Shown in pieces: positions 1-10,017 of a DNA stretch of 64,000 nt. Source of the stretch: a bacterium (GTDB lineage Bacteria; JAMCPX01; DATBWZ01). The stretch spans positions 5,919-69,918 of the forward strand of contig DATBWZ010000039.1 of NCBI GenBank assembly GCA_036514535.1. The letters are read 5' to 3'. A model generated the notes under the pieces. That model made no database searches. It saw only the letters and a program-made list of their open reading frames with translations, and was not told the DNA's origin. A program made the position numbers and the translations under genes. The first letter of the stretch is position 1; each line of letters begins with the position of its first letter.

Positions 1-74
1 GAGAGACCTGCGAACATCAGTTTATTGCAGGAGAATAGTATAAATTCATCAGCCGTCAATAAAGTTTAATTTAT

Positions 75-102
75 TGTTTTAAATAAATTATTGTGATAGA
101 AT
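75..102 (+). promoter_or_regulatory. Candidate sigma70-type promoter for the giant TPR gene: TTGTTT(-35)-16 nt-TGaTAGAAT (extended -10).
   Basis: Read directly in the sequence upstream of the ATG at 109. No experimental support. Confidence 0.3.
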
Positions 103-108
103 TTTTGC

Positions 109-3100
109 ATGGTTGTAAAATGTGAGAAATGCGGGGCAATGTACATCCTGAGCGATGAAAAATTAAAGGCTCAGGAATGGAAATTACCCTGTACGAAATG
201 CCAGCATGTCACGCAGTTAGCTCCTCCTGGCGAAGGCAAACCGGAAGGGGATAAGCCCTCTTTGTCTGCTGTCCAGGCTCCTGTAAAGGAAGCGGCTCCG
301 GTTTTGCCTCAGGAGACAGCGGAACTTCTGAACCAATTTAAAGCCAATCCCAAATCCAAAACATTTTTCCCGGTAGCAGAATATTATTTCAAAGAGGGAA
401 AATTTGAGGATGCGGTAAATATACTTAATGAAGGATTGAAGCATAATCCTGCCTATCTTACTGCAAGGCTTATTCTCGGCAGGACATACGTAAAACTTGA
501 GCGATGGAAGGAAGCTGTAAGTGAACTGGAGAGGGTCTGCAATCAATCAAGGGAAAACACCCTTGCCCAGAAGAACCTTGCAATAGCTCTCAAGGCTCTT
601 GGCAGGATTGAAGAGGCAAGGCGGGCAATAGATGTAGTTAAGATGTTTGAGCCTAAGGATATAGAGGCGGATAATATACTCAAAGAATTGATAGAATCCG
701 GGGAATCGCTGGCGCAGCCGGAAGAATCAGCGACGCATGAACCAAAGTCAGAGGTTGAAATGGAACAACCTGCTGATAGCGGGTTGGAGAACATACTTCA
801 GGCGCCGGAGGAAGAATCTATAGAAAAAGAAACGGCAGATGTAGATATCTCCGGGGCTATTGATGATTTGTTTGCAAAAGCAAAGGGGGCCACAGAATTT
901 ACAGAAGGGCCAGCAAAGCAGGAAGAAAAAGGGCTGCCGGAAGAAGGCGCATTTTCTGTTGACAAAGAGCCGTTGGAAGATAAAGCCCTCTCTAATGAGA
1001 ACCTGCCTGTTGATAAGGATGTTTTTGAGGAAGAGTCCAGAGAATCTGAAGAAGGTTTACCCGTCGATAAGGATATATTTGATAAAGATTTAGAAGAGGG
1101 ATTTGGGGAAACAGGGGAATCTAAATTGCCGGAAGAAGGCTCTTTTACCCTTGGAGAGGACCCTTCCGCTGAACTTGCATCAGAGATGACTTCTGAAGAA
1201 TCTCAGGTAGAGGATCAGGTTGGAGAGTCAGCGGAAAATGCATTCAATGACTTGGAAAAGAGGACGGAAGACGCGGACAGTGTAGTTGAAGGGTTTAATA
1301 CTGGAAGATTTGATGCTGGTGTAACCGCAGATGGTGTGATTGAGGATGTGTTCAAGGAAGAAGAAGGGGTTGAGATTGAAACAAAGGTGGAGCAAGAGCC
1401 ACTAACACCGCAGCTTGATGAAGAGATTCTTGCCGAGACGCGGCCCAAGGTTGTTGTGTCTCAGCCGACTGGGATATATACTGCTGGGACTGCGGCAAAA
1501 GAAACACAGAAAAAAATAAAAATTAAACCGCTTTATCTGTTGATTTTTGCCGGGTTGCTTATTCTTTCATCTGCGACAGGTTTTTATTACTGGGAGTTTG
1601 AATATACCGGCACACAGCCAAATGTAGAAAAATTAATCACTGTCAGCAAGGGGATACTCAAAGCTAACGAAGGAAAAAAGATTGAGGCAGAACGGCTTTT
1701 TACAGAAGCAACAGTAGCATACAGTACTGATTCTGTTAACGGGTATCTGAAATCCTATGACCTTTTTAAGCGGTGCATTGTGCTTGACCACAATAATCCT
1801 AAGTACTTTGCGCTTCTTGCCGAATCTGCTGCGGAACTCAGCATTTTTATTAATGACAAAAGGTACCTTGACGAGAGCAACATGCTTTCCTCCCGCGCCC
1901 TTGAAATGGCTCCGGATAATCATTACTCCCAGAGGGCGATCGCCCATTTTTATAAAGTGCAGGGAAAACCGTCAGAGGCTTTAGTGTACATTACCAAGGC
2001 AATTTCCACAGATACAAAGGATATTAATGCGCTGATTTTGCAGGGGGAGATACAAAGCATGCTTCCGGAAAGCCTGAGTGATGCTGAGGTGTCTGTTAAT
2101 GAGGCACAGTCTATACGTGAGACCGCTCCCGGGTATTATCTCCTCGGGAAGATTTATGAAAATAAAGAGTCTTTTGATCTTGCGCTGACTAACTTTAAAA
2201 AAGCAGTTTCATTGCATCCGGATTATCTGAAAGCGATTCTTTCTGCGGCCGGTACGGCTCAGAGGCTTGGACTCTATGCTGACGGAGAAACACTGCTGAC
2301 ACAAGCATATTCTGGGATTAATAAATTTCACATTATTGAACAGAAACAAATTTACCTTTCAATGGCGTCGCTAAACCTGGAGATTGGAAAGCTGGAAAAC
2401 GCAAAAAGCGATCTTGAAGAGGTTTTAAAAATATCCAAATCTGATGTTCAGGCTTTTCTTATGCTGGGAGATGTTTCAGTAAAACTAAACAGGTATGAGG
2501 ATGCTGCCGGCTATTACGAGAATGCTCTCAAGATTGAGCCACAGAATCCAGAAGCGAACTATCTTGCTGGTGCGGTTTACGTCAGAATTAAAAAATACAC
2601 GCAGGCGATAGAAAGATTAAAAAAGGCGGTTGAGGGTCAGCCGAAGGAGTTCAAATACCATCTTGGCCTTGGTATTGCTTACCTGTATAGCGACCAGTTA
2701 AATGACAGTTTAACAGAATTAAAGAAGGCACAGGAGATTGATCCTAAAAATTCCGATGTTCTCTATAACCTGTGCAATGTTTATCTGAAAAAAGGCGAGA
2801 AAGAGACTGCGCTGGAGGTAGCAAGGAAAGCAGTGGCGTCGGCGCCTGATTCCATTGATGCCCGGATGGCGCTGAGCAGGACCTATGAACAACTTGAACG
2901 TAATCCGGAGGCAAAAGCAGAACTTGAAAAAGCAATAAAATTAGATCCTAAAAACGGAAAACCTTATTCCAATCTTTCACGAATATTCCTGAAGGAAGGG
3001 AATATAGCATCTGCCTTTGCCTATGGCGAAAAAGCGGTAAGTCTTTCAAAAGATCCGGCAACCTGCCGCACTTTTGCTGATATTCTGGAGAAAAAGGGCG

Positions 3101-4023
3101 ATGCGGCCGGGGCAATAGAATACCTTCTTAAAGCAATTGAAATGGAGCCATACAATTATTTCAATTATTACCGTCTGGGGGAGATTTATTACAGTAAAAA
3201 GGATCTTAATAATGCGCTGAAAGCCTTTCAGGATTCTGTATCGCATAACAGTACGGATCTTTTATCCAATTTTAACATAGGAAGGGCGCTTGAGGACAAA
3301 GGGGAACTTGACAATGCCTACGCACAGTATGAGAAAGTTATTTCCAACATTGATAATAAGTTTTCTCCGGCATATTTCAGGATGGGAATTATTTCAGAAA
3401 AGAAGAATGACATTTCAAAATCTATTTCAAAGTATGAAAAATCTGTGGAATTTGACAAATCCAGGGCTGAATACTTTTATTATCTTGGGAAAGCGCAATA
3501 TTCTATGAACGATTTTGTAAAGGCGCAGCACAATCTTGAATCAGCGGTAAAACTGGCTCCGGAGTTTGCCCCATCTCATCTTGTTCTGGGAATGGTCTAT
3601 GATTATCTCGGGGATTATCAAAGAGCGCTTCACGAATACGCAATGAGTTTAAAACTTTCGCCACAGAATGCCGAACCGCTTATAAAGACCGCTAATATAT
3701 TGAGAGCCCAGGGAGAGTACGCAAAATCCTTTGAGGTTCTTAAGCAGGCAATGAAGGTGGATCCCTCCAGACCCAGCCTCTATTATTCCCTTGGACTTCT
3801 TTACGAGGAGAAGGGGGAACTTGAGCGCGCAATGGACAGTTATAAAAGAGCAATAAGCCGCGACGCTAATTATCCGGAACCATATTACAACCTTGGGTTT
3901 ATGTATTCAAAACTTGGCAGAAATTCCGAAGCAAGGGAAAACTTGCTAAAAACCCTATCTCTTGGCATTGGTTCTGCGCAGGCTAAGAAAGCTAAAGAAG
4001 CCCTTGCAAAATTGCCGCAATAG
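109..4023 (+). CDS. Giant TPR-repeat protein (1304 aa). N-terminal MJ0042-type CxxC...CxxC zinc ribbon, TPR block, ~300-aa acidic low-complexity linker, one TM helix, then a long TPR array.
   Basis: N-terminus CEKCGAMY...CTKCQHV (two CxxC pairs). TM segment LYLLIFAGLLILSSATGFYYW. Dozens of TPR-like 34-aa repeats (A/Y/L spacing, 'NPxxxxA' patterns). Long ORF with no competing frame. Confidence 0.85.
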   Translation: MVVKCEKCGAMYILSDEKLKAQEWKLPCTKCQHVTQLAPPGEGKPEGDKPSLSAVQAPVKEAAPVLPQETAELLNQFKANPKSKTFFPVAEYYFKEGKFEDAVNILNEGLKHNPAYLTARLILGRTYVKLERWKEAVSELERVCNQSRENTLAQKNLAIALKALGRIEEARRAIDVVKMFEPKDIEADNILKELIESGESLAQPEESATHEPKSEVEMEQPADSGLENILQAPEEESIEKETADVDISGAIDDLFAKAKGATEFTEGPAKQEEKGLPEEGAFSVDKEPLEDKALSNENLPVDKDVFEEESRESEEGLPVDKDIFDKDLEEGFGETGESKLPEEGSFTLGEDPSAELASEMTSEESQVEDQVGESAENAFNDLEKRTEDADSVVEGFNTGRFDAGVTADGVIEDVFKEEEGVEIETKVEQEPLTPQLDEEILAETRPKVVVSQPTGIYTAGTAAKETQKKIKIKPLYLLIFAGLLILSSATGFYYWEFEYTGTQPNVEKLITVSKGILKANEGKKIEAERLFTEATVAYSTDSVNGYLKSYDLFKRCIVLDHNNPKYFALLAESAAELSIFINDKRYLDESNMLSSRALEMAPDNHYSQRAIAHFYKVQGKPSEALVYITKAISTDTKDINALILQGEIQSMLPESLSDAEVSVNEAQSIRETAPGYYLLGKIYENKESFDLALTNFKKAVSLHPDYLKAILSAAGTAQRLGLYADGETLLTQAYSGINKFHIIEQKQIYLSMASLNLEIGKLENAKSDLEEVLKISKSDVQAFLMLGDVSVKLNRYEDAAGYYENALKIEPQNPEANYLAGAVYVRIKKYTQAIERLKKAVEGQPKEFKYHLGLGIAYLYSDQLNDSLTELKKAQEIDPKNSDVLYNLCNVYLKKGEKETALEVARKAVASAPDSIDARMALSRTYEQLERNPEAKAELEKAIKLDPKNGKPYSNLSRIFLKEGNIASAFAYGEKAVSLSKDPATCRTFADILEKKGDAAGAIEYLLKAIEMEPYNYFNYYRLGEIYYSKKDLNNALKAFQDSVSHNSTDLLSNFNIGRALEDKGELDNAYAQYEKVISNIDNKFSPAYFRMGIISEKKNDISKSISKYEKSVEFDKSRAEYFYYLGKAQYSMNDFVKAQHNLESAVKLAPEFAPSHLVLGMVYDYLGDYQRALHEYAMSLKLSPQNAEPLIKTANILRAQGEYAKSFEVLKQAMKVDPSRPSLYYSLGLLYEEKGELERAMDSYKRAISRDANYPEPYYNLGFMYSKLGRNSEARENLLKTLSLGIGSAQAKKAKEALAKLPQ
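930..1150 (+). repeat. Degenerate in-frame tandem repeats (~60 nt / 20 aa period) inside the acidic linker of the giant TPR protein.
   Basis: Recurring peptide units LPEEGAF / LPVDKDVFEEE / LPVDKDIFDKD / LPEEGSF and the matching nucleotide blocks (ctgcctgttgataaggatgtttttgag vs ttacccgtcgataaggatatatttgat). Confidence 0.45.
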
Positions 4024-4038
4024 CCTAATGACTCATTT

Positions 4039-5763
4039 ATGGTTCATAATAAAAAAATAATGCATCTTTTAATTATTCTTTTAATGATTATCTCCGGATG
4101 CGGAACTGCGGTTACAGCGACAAGGACTGGATCTACTTATCCTGTCAAGAGTTCCTATAACAGCAATGCGGATGCGAACTATCATTTCATTCTTGGCAAG
4201 GTGTATTATTTTGACGGTAAGTATGACGATGCTGAGAGGGAATTCAGGGAGGCAGTGAGACTTAATCCATTTGTGACTGATATAAGGGTTGAACTTGCTG
4301 TAATTCTTTTAAAAACCGGAAAAATTGCGGAGGCGAAAGAGGCTCTGCGGCAGGTGGCGGATACTGAGGAATACGCACCCCAACTGCATGCAATTCTCGG
4401 AAAAATATATTATGCGTCGAAGGAATACGATAATGCCGTAAAAGAGTTTGAAAAGAGCATACAGGAAAATCCGGATGACGCTGATGTGTACCTGGATCTG
4501 GGAACGGTCTATGCTGAAATTAATGAGTATGTTAAGGCTAGAGAGACATTGGAGAGTCTTTTAAAAGTGATTCCGGATTTCTTTCTTGCTTACTATTATA
4601 TAGCCAAAATAGAAATAGCAAGAAACAATCTGGATGAAGGAATTAAATATTACAATCTCTCCCTGCAGAATAATCCTGATTTTCTCGGGGCGTGGCTTGA
4701 ACTTGGAGAATTATATGAAAAGACCGATATGATTAATGAAGCCATAACTGCCTATAATAAAGCTCTGGACCTTATGCCGCAGAATATAAACATTCACGAG
4801 AAAATAGGATATCTCTATACAAAGAATGACAACGCAAAGGCAGCTATCAAATATTTTAAAGAAGCCTTGTCCATTGATTCAACGAACCTTGATCTCCACC
4901 TGAAACTTGGCATAATCTATTTCAGCGAAAAGGATTATGCCAGGGCTATTGATGAATTTAATTATATACTTGTTTCAATACCAGATAGCCCTGTCGCGCT
5001 CTATTATCTTGGAATGACCTATATTGAGAAAGGCGAGTATTCAAAAGGCAGAGCCGAATTATTGAAAATGCCATCCGACACCAAACTGTATACGGATTCC
5101 ATTATTTGGGTTGCGTTTTCGTATCAGAAAGAAAACAATCTCAAGGATGCAATTGATTATCTCAAGTCAAAAATATCTGATGGCGTTAAGTCTGTTGAAT
5201 TGTACAAGGTAACGGCTTCTTATCTCACTGATGCTAAATTATTTGACGAGGCAATTGAATTTGCAAACCAGGGGTTAAAGGATTTCCATGATTCGGAGAC
5301 GCTTTACTTCCAATTGGGTATTATATACGATGAGTATGGTAAGCCTGACATTGCAGAGGAAAAGATGCAGAAGGTCATTGATATAAATCCTGATAATCCG
5401 CTTGCTCTCAATTATATTGGATACACCTGGGCAGAGAAAGCGATTAATATTGATAAAGCAGAACAGATGATTAAGAAAGCCCTTGGGTTAAGACCAAACG
5501 ATGGATTTATTGTGGACAGCCTTGGATGGATTTATTACCAGAAGGGCCGGTACAAGGATGCTATGAAAGAACTCCAGAGGGCGTTAAAACTTGCCGGAGA
5601 TGATCCGATAATTTTTGAACATATTGGGGATACTTATTTTAAGCTTGGAAAGCCAGAAAAGGCAGTGGAATTGTACACCCATGCGCTTACCATGAAGATG
5701 AAGGATAAAGATTTTGTGCGGATCAAGGATAAATTGGGCATTCTTAAAAAGAATGCGCATTGA
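4039..5763 (+). CDS. TPR-repeat lipoprotein (574 aa).
   Basis: Signal peptide with lipobox (LLMIISGC). The body is TPR repeats throughout. Starts 16 nt after the preceding TPR gene. Confidence 0.8.
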   Translation: MVHNKKIMHLLIILLMIISGCGTAVTATRTGSTYPVKSSYNSNADANYHFILGKVYYFDGKYDDAEREFREAVRLNPFVTDIRVELAVILLKTGKIAEAKEALRQVADTEEYAPQLHAILGKIYYASKEYDNAVKEFEKSIQENPDDADVYLDLGTVYAEINEYVKARETLESLLKVIPDFFLAYYYIAKIEIARNNLDEGIKYYNLSLQNNPDFLGAWLELGELYEKTDMINEAITAYNKALDLMPQNINIHEKIGYLYTKNDNAKAAIKYFKEALSIDSTNLDLHLKLGIIYFSEKDYARAIDEFNYILVSIPDSPVALYYLGMTYIEKGEYSKGRAELLKMPSDTKLYTDSIIWVAFSYQKENNLKDAIDYLKSKISDGVKSVELYKVTASYLTDAKLFDEAIEFANQGLKDFHDSETLYFQLGIIYDEYGKPDIAEEKMQKVIDINPDNPLALNYIGYTWAEKAINIDKAEQMIKKALGLRPNDGFIVDSLGWIYYQKGRYKDAMKELQRALKLAGDDPIIFEHIGDTYFKLGKPEKAVELYTHALTMKMKDKDFVRIKDKLGILKKNAH

Positions 5764-6522
5764 ATGGTTTCACTGCAAAAAATTTGCTTCTTGATTCCTA
5801 TCGTTGCGGTTGTTTTTTCATGTCAACATCATGAAAGTTATGTCCGGCAGCCACAACTTGACAGAGAAATTATTAATGACCTGATTACAAGAGAAGCGGA
5901 AATTTCAAGTATAAAAACGCGCGCTTGGATAAAGATTCATTCACCCGAGGGCGAGTTCAGTTTTGACTGCATCTACGCTGCTGAATCTCCCTCAATGTTT
6001 CGCATAGAACTCCTGAAGCCGTTCGGCATGGTTGCCGTTTCCGTCGCAACAGACGGCGACAGGCTTTACATTATAAATTACAATGATAATTTATGTTTTG
6101 ATGGTGCGCTGAACAGGAAAAACATAAAGGCATTTCTGCCCTTTGAAGTGGACCCTCATATACTTACCTCCATCATTTTAACAAAAATTCCATATCTTGA
6201 TTCTTCCGCAATAAACGGGGTAAATAAAACTGACAGTGAAATTGAATTTCTCTATGCTCCGAATATAACGGATACAGGCATAATTAGAATTTCAGATATT
6301 CCTGAGCGCTCAATATCCGGCGACCTTGATGGAATGACTTTTGAGTACAAAAAGTTCTATAATGCAAGGGGGACGATATATCCAACGGTTGTCAATTTAA
6401 AACATGGAAGTGTAAGCATAGAGATGAAACTGGAGGACACCGTGTTTAATTCTGAAGAGAAAGATGCTGAGTTTTTTTTGCGGATACCGGGAAACTGTAA
6501 AAAAATACCTGAAAGGAATTGA
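5764..6522 (+). CDS. LolB-like / DUF4292-like outer-membrane lipoprotein (252 aa).
   Basis: Lipobox VVFSCQ. Size and position (directly after TPR genes, stop-start junction TGAATG) match the LolB-fold lipoprotein family that often follows TPR genes. Family assignment is from memory, not alignment. Confidence 0.45.
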   Translation: MVSLQKICFLIPIVAVVFSCQHHESYVRQPQLDREIINDLITREAEISSIKTRAWIKIHSPEGEFSFDCIYAAESPSMFRIELLKPFGMVAVSVATDGDRLYIINYNDNLCFDGALNRKNIKAFLPFEVDPHILTSIILTKIPYLDSSAINGVNKTDSEIEFLYAPNITDTGIIRISDIPERSISGDLDGMTFEYKKFYNARGTIYPTVVNLKHGSVSIEMKLEDTVFNSEEKDAEFFLRIPGNCKKIPERN

Positions 6523-8171
6523 TGAAGATGAAAAAAATATTAATGATTTTGATATTGTTTCTGTTTTTTTCTTCTGTTGCGCTTATCTTGGTAAAGCAGA
6601 AAAAATCTGGTAAAGTATCCGGACAGATAAAAACAGAAAAAGCGGACCCGGCATACGGAGACGCAATCATTGTCGGCTCAATCGGAGATGCAAGCAATTT
6701 ACTGCCGCCACTTGCTTCTGATAGCGCTTCTTTTGACATTATTGGTCTGGTTTATAATGGCATTGTGAAATACGATGAAAATCTGAACCTTACCGGCGAC
6801 CTTGCCGAGTCCTGGGACATCTCACGGGATTGCAGGACGGTGGTATTCCACCTGAGGAAGGGGGTGAGATGGCACGATGGAGCGGAGTTTACAGCCTACG
6901 ATGTGGAATTCGGATACAAAACAATCGTGAATCCAAAAACGCCGACAGCATATTCAAGCTCTTTTGAAGAGGTGAAAAATGTTGAGGTAACTGACAAACA
7001 CACTCTTAAAGTGGTTTATAGAAAACCATTTGCTCCAGGACTGTCAACTTGGTCAAATCTTGTGGTTCTGCCAAAGCATCTTTTGGAGGGGAAGGATATA
7101 ACCAAGAGCGGCCTTTTCAGGCATCCAGTGGGGACAGGCCCGTATAAATTCAAAGAATGGACTCCAGGCCAAAAGATTGTTTTGGAGGCAAATCCAGACT
7201 ACTTTGAAAAGGGAAAGCCATATATACAACGTTACATTTACAGAATAATCCCTGATCAGTCAACCATGTTTCTTGAACTCAGGGGCGGAAATATTGACGA
7301 GACGAGTCTTACGCCGATACAGTTCAGAAGGCAGACGGATACCCCTTATTTTGCTGATAATTTTAAAAAGTACAATTACCTTTCCTTTGGTTATACCTAC
7401 CTCGGTTATAATTTGAAAAAGGAAATTTTCAAGGATAAAAGGGTCAGACAGGCAATTTCCTATGGAATAAACAAGAAAGAGATAATTGACGGAGTTCTTC
7501 TGGGCCTTGCTTCTCCTGCAAGTGCCCCATATAAACCAGACACCTGGGTCTATAATCCGGGGATAAAGAAATATGATTACAACCCTGTTAAGGCTAAGGA
7601 GTTGCTTCAGGATGCAGGATGGGCAGATACTGACGGCGACGGTTTTATGGATAAAAATGGCAAAAAGTTTGAATTTTATGTGACTACGAATCAGGGCAAT
7701 GATCAGAGGTTAAAAACAGCGGAGCTTGTGCAGCGGAATCTGGGAGAAATAGGAATTAAAATGAATATCAAAGTATTGGAATGGACAGCCTTTCTGGACG
7801 CCATTGACAGAAGGAATTTTGATGCTGTGATAATCGGTTGGAGCCTTGATCCGGATCCGGACCAGTATGATATCTGGCACTCAAGCAGGACAGGGCCGAA
7901 GGAATTTAATTTTGTATCCTATGAAAATCCCGAGGTTGACAGGCTTTTGGAGGCTGGCAGAAATGCATGCTCCATTGATAAAAGAAAAGGGTACTACTTT
8001 AAATTGCAGGAGATCCTTGCCGAGGATCAGCCATATACTTTTCTTTATTTTCCGCAATCGCTGCCGATTGTCCATTCAAGATTTTACGGAATAAAACCTG
8101 CGCCCGCTGGCATCGGGTATAATTTTGTGGACTGGTTTGTTCCTCAACAAATGCAGAAATATTATTTTTAA
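6519..8171 (+). CDS. ABC transporter substrate-binding protein, family 5 (peptide/nickel, OppA/DppA-like).
   Basis: Signal/TM N-terminus. Length 550 aa. SBP_bac_5-like motifs (GVRWHDG, dipeptide-binding-like core, C-terminal ...WFVPQQ). 4-nt overlap with the upstream gene. Confidence 0.85.
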   Translation: MMKMKKILMILILFLFFSSVALILVKQKKSGKVSGQIKTEKADPAYGDAIIVGSIGDASNLLPPLASDSASFDIIGLVYNGIVKYDENLNLTGDLAESWDISRDCRTVVFHLRKGVRWHDGAEFTAYDVEFGYKTIVNPKTPTAYSSSFEEVKNVEVTDKHTLKVVYRKPFAPGLSTWSNLVVLPKHLLEGKDITKSGLFRHPVGTGPYKFKEWTPGQKIVLEANPDYFEKGKPYIQRYIYRIIPDQSTMFLELRGGNIDETSLTPIQFRRQTDTPYFADNFKKYNYLSFGYTYLGYNLKKEIFKDKRVRQAISYGINKKEIIDGVLLGLASPASAPYKPDTWVYNPGIKKYDYNPVKAKELLQDAGWADTDGDGFMDKNGKKFEFYVTTNQGNDQRLKTAELVQRNLGEIGIKMNIKVLEWTAFLDAIDRRNFDAVIIGWSLDPDPDQYDIWHSSRTGPKEFNFVSYENPEVDRLLEAGRNACSIDKRKGYYFKLQEILAEDQPYTFLYFPQSLPIVHSRFYGIKPAPAGIGYNFVDWFVPQQMQKYYF

Positions 8172-8173
8172 CC

Positions 8174-9154
8174 ATGCTTGTTTTTATCGCAAAGAGACTG
8201 GGCGGCATAATCCCAATATTGTTCGGGATTACAATAATTTCCTTCATAGTGATCCATCTTGCTCCGGGTGAGCCGGAGATTGCAGAACTGCAGATGAATC
8301 CGAAGGTTTCTGCAGAGGCGAGGATGCGGCTGAGAGAGTTTTACGGCCTTGATAAGCCGCTGTACGAGCAGTATTATATCTGGCTGAAGAAATTTATAAG
8401 ACTTGATTTCGGAGAATCTTTTTCCCCTGACCACAGACCTGTGATTGATAAAATTGCCGAAAGGCTGCCTATTACAATTGCTATTAATTTGCTGAGCATC
8501 CTGTTCATCTTTTTATTTGCTATTCCCATTGGAGTTTTTTCAGCGATTTACAGAGACACATTATTTGACAAGTTTTCTACACTTTTTGTTTATATAGGAT
8601 TTGCAATTCCCGGGTTTTGGCTTGCGTTGATTCTCATGTATGTTTTTGGCCTGAAACTGGGTATACTGCCCATCTCCGGGATTACCTCCATAGTTGCGAA
8701 AGATGATATGTGGTGGAAAATTATTGATGTGTCAAAACACCTGATACTTCCTGTGTTCGTGAGCGCCTTTGGCGGGCTTGCGGGTCTCTCCAGGTATGTC
8801 CGTTCAAATATGTTTGAAGCGCTGCATCAGGATTATATAACCACTGCCAGGGCAAAGGGACTGAACGAAGGCAAGGTCATTTTCATCCACGCCATGAAGA
8901 ATGCCTTGTTGCCGGTTGTGACAATTATCGGTCTGTCCGTCCCGGAGCTTATCGGCGGGAGTGTTATCTTTGAAAGCGTATTTGCGATCCCGGGAATGGG
9001 GCAACTCTTCTATCAAAGCGCAATGATGAGAGATTATCCAACAATCATGGGGGTTCTTGCAATAGTGGCAGTCCTGACTCTGATTGGCAATCTTATTGCT
9101 GATGTATGCTACGCAATTGCGGATCCAAGGATCAGGGTTGGTAGGGACAATTGA
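8174..9154 (+). CDS. ABC peptide transporter permease (DppB/OppB-like).
   Basis: BPD_transp_1 signature region ...TARAKGL.. and EAA-like motif. Six predicted TM helices. Typical 326 aa length. Confidence 0.85.
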   Translation: MLVFIAKRLGGIIPILFGITIISFIVIHLAPGEPEIAELQMNPKVSAEARMRLREFYGLDKPLYEQYYIWLKKFIRLDFGESFSPDHRPVIDKIAERLPITIAINLLSILFIFLFAIPIGVFSAIYRDTLFDKFSTLFVYIGFAIPGFWLALILMYVFGLKLGILPISGITSIVAKDDMWWKIIDVSKHLILPVFVSAFGGLAGLSRYVRSNMFEALHQDYITTARAKGLNEGKVIFIHAMKNALLPVVTIIGLSVPELIGGSVIFESVFAIPGMGQLFYQSAMMRDYPTIMGVLAIVAVLTLIGNLIADVCYAIADPRIRVGRDN

Positions 9155-9984
9155 TTAAAGAATTTTTGCAAAACAAAATGTTTCTTTTCGGTTCAATGCT
9201 TATAATTTTCTTTGCGTTAATAGGTATCTTTGCCCCTTATATTACTGCACACGACCCTGTTGCTATCAGCATAAAAGAGATATTACAGCCGCCGTCAAAT
9301 GAACACCTCATGGGGACCGATGAATTGGGAAGGGATGTTTTCAGCAGGTTTGCTTACGGGACAAGGATATCCCTGTCCGTAGGAATAATTGCAGTGTTGA
9401 TAAGGGTGATAATCGGTATCCTGGTGGGCGCTGTTGCGGGTTATTACGGAGGCATTGTTGATGCAGTTCTCATGCGGTTTGTGGATGTGATGCTCACATT
9501 TCCGACATTATTTTTGCTTCTTGCACTTGTGGCATTTCTGGAACCGAGCATATTCACCGTAATGGGCGTCATTGGTGCTACAACCTGGATGGGGCTTTCC
9601 CGCCTTATTAGAGCAGAGGTGCTCTCTCTCAGGGAGAGGGGCTTTGTGGAATCCTCAAAGGCTCTCGGTAGTAGCAGCACAAGAATTATGCTCAGGCATA
9701 TTCTCCCGAATGCTATGGCTCCGGTTATAGTTTCTGCTATCCTGGGTGTTGCCGGAGCAATACTTGCCGAATCAAGCCTGAGTTTTCTCGGATTGGGAGT
9801 GCCTCCACCGGTGCCAAGCTGGGGCAGTATTATTTCCGATGGCAAAGATAATCTTGATATCGCTCCATGGCTTTCTTTTTTTCCGGGAGTAGCAATACTC
9901 TTGACAGTTTTGGGCTTTAATCTGATAGGTGACGCATTGAGCGAAGAGATGCAGCCGAAGGGTGGTAAGGGTAAGCCAAATTGA
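9151..9984 (+). CDS. ABC peptide transporter permease (DppC/OppC-like).
   Basis: N-terminal TM, ...SSKALGSS...RHILPNA... permease motif. Overlaps the previous permease by 4 nt. Confidence 0.85.
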   Translation: MIKEFLQNKMFLFGSMLIIFFALIGIFAPYITAHDPVAISIKEILQPPSNEHLMGTDELGRDVFSRFAYGTRISLSVGIIAVLIRVIIGILVGAVAGYYGGIVDAVLMRFVDVMLTFPTLFLLLALVAFLEPSIFTVMGVIGATTWMGLSRLIRAEVLSLRERGFVESSKALGSSSTRIMLRHILPNAMAPVIVSAILGVAGAILAESSLSFLGLGVPPPVPSWGSIISDGKDNLDIAPWLSFFPGVAILLTVLGFNLIGDALSEEMQPKGGKGKPN

Positions 9985-10017
9985 CAGAACGGACTATTCA
10001 GATTAAAATGTTTATAA

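Noticed and set aside
217-1448. Several 77-109-aa minus-strand ORFs within the 5' third of the giant TPR gene.
   Set aside because: They lie antisense to the acidic repeat linker, where the codon bias creates long open antisense frames. Not independent genes.
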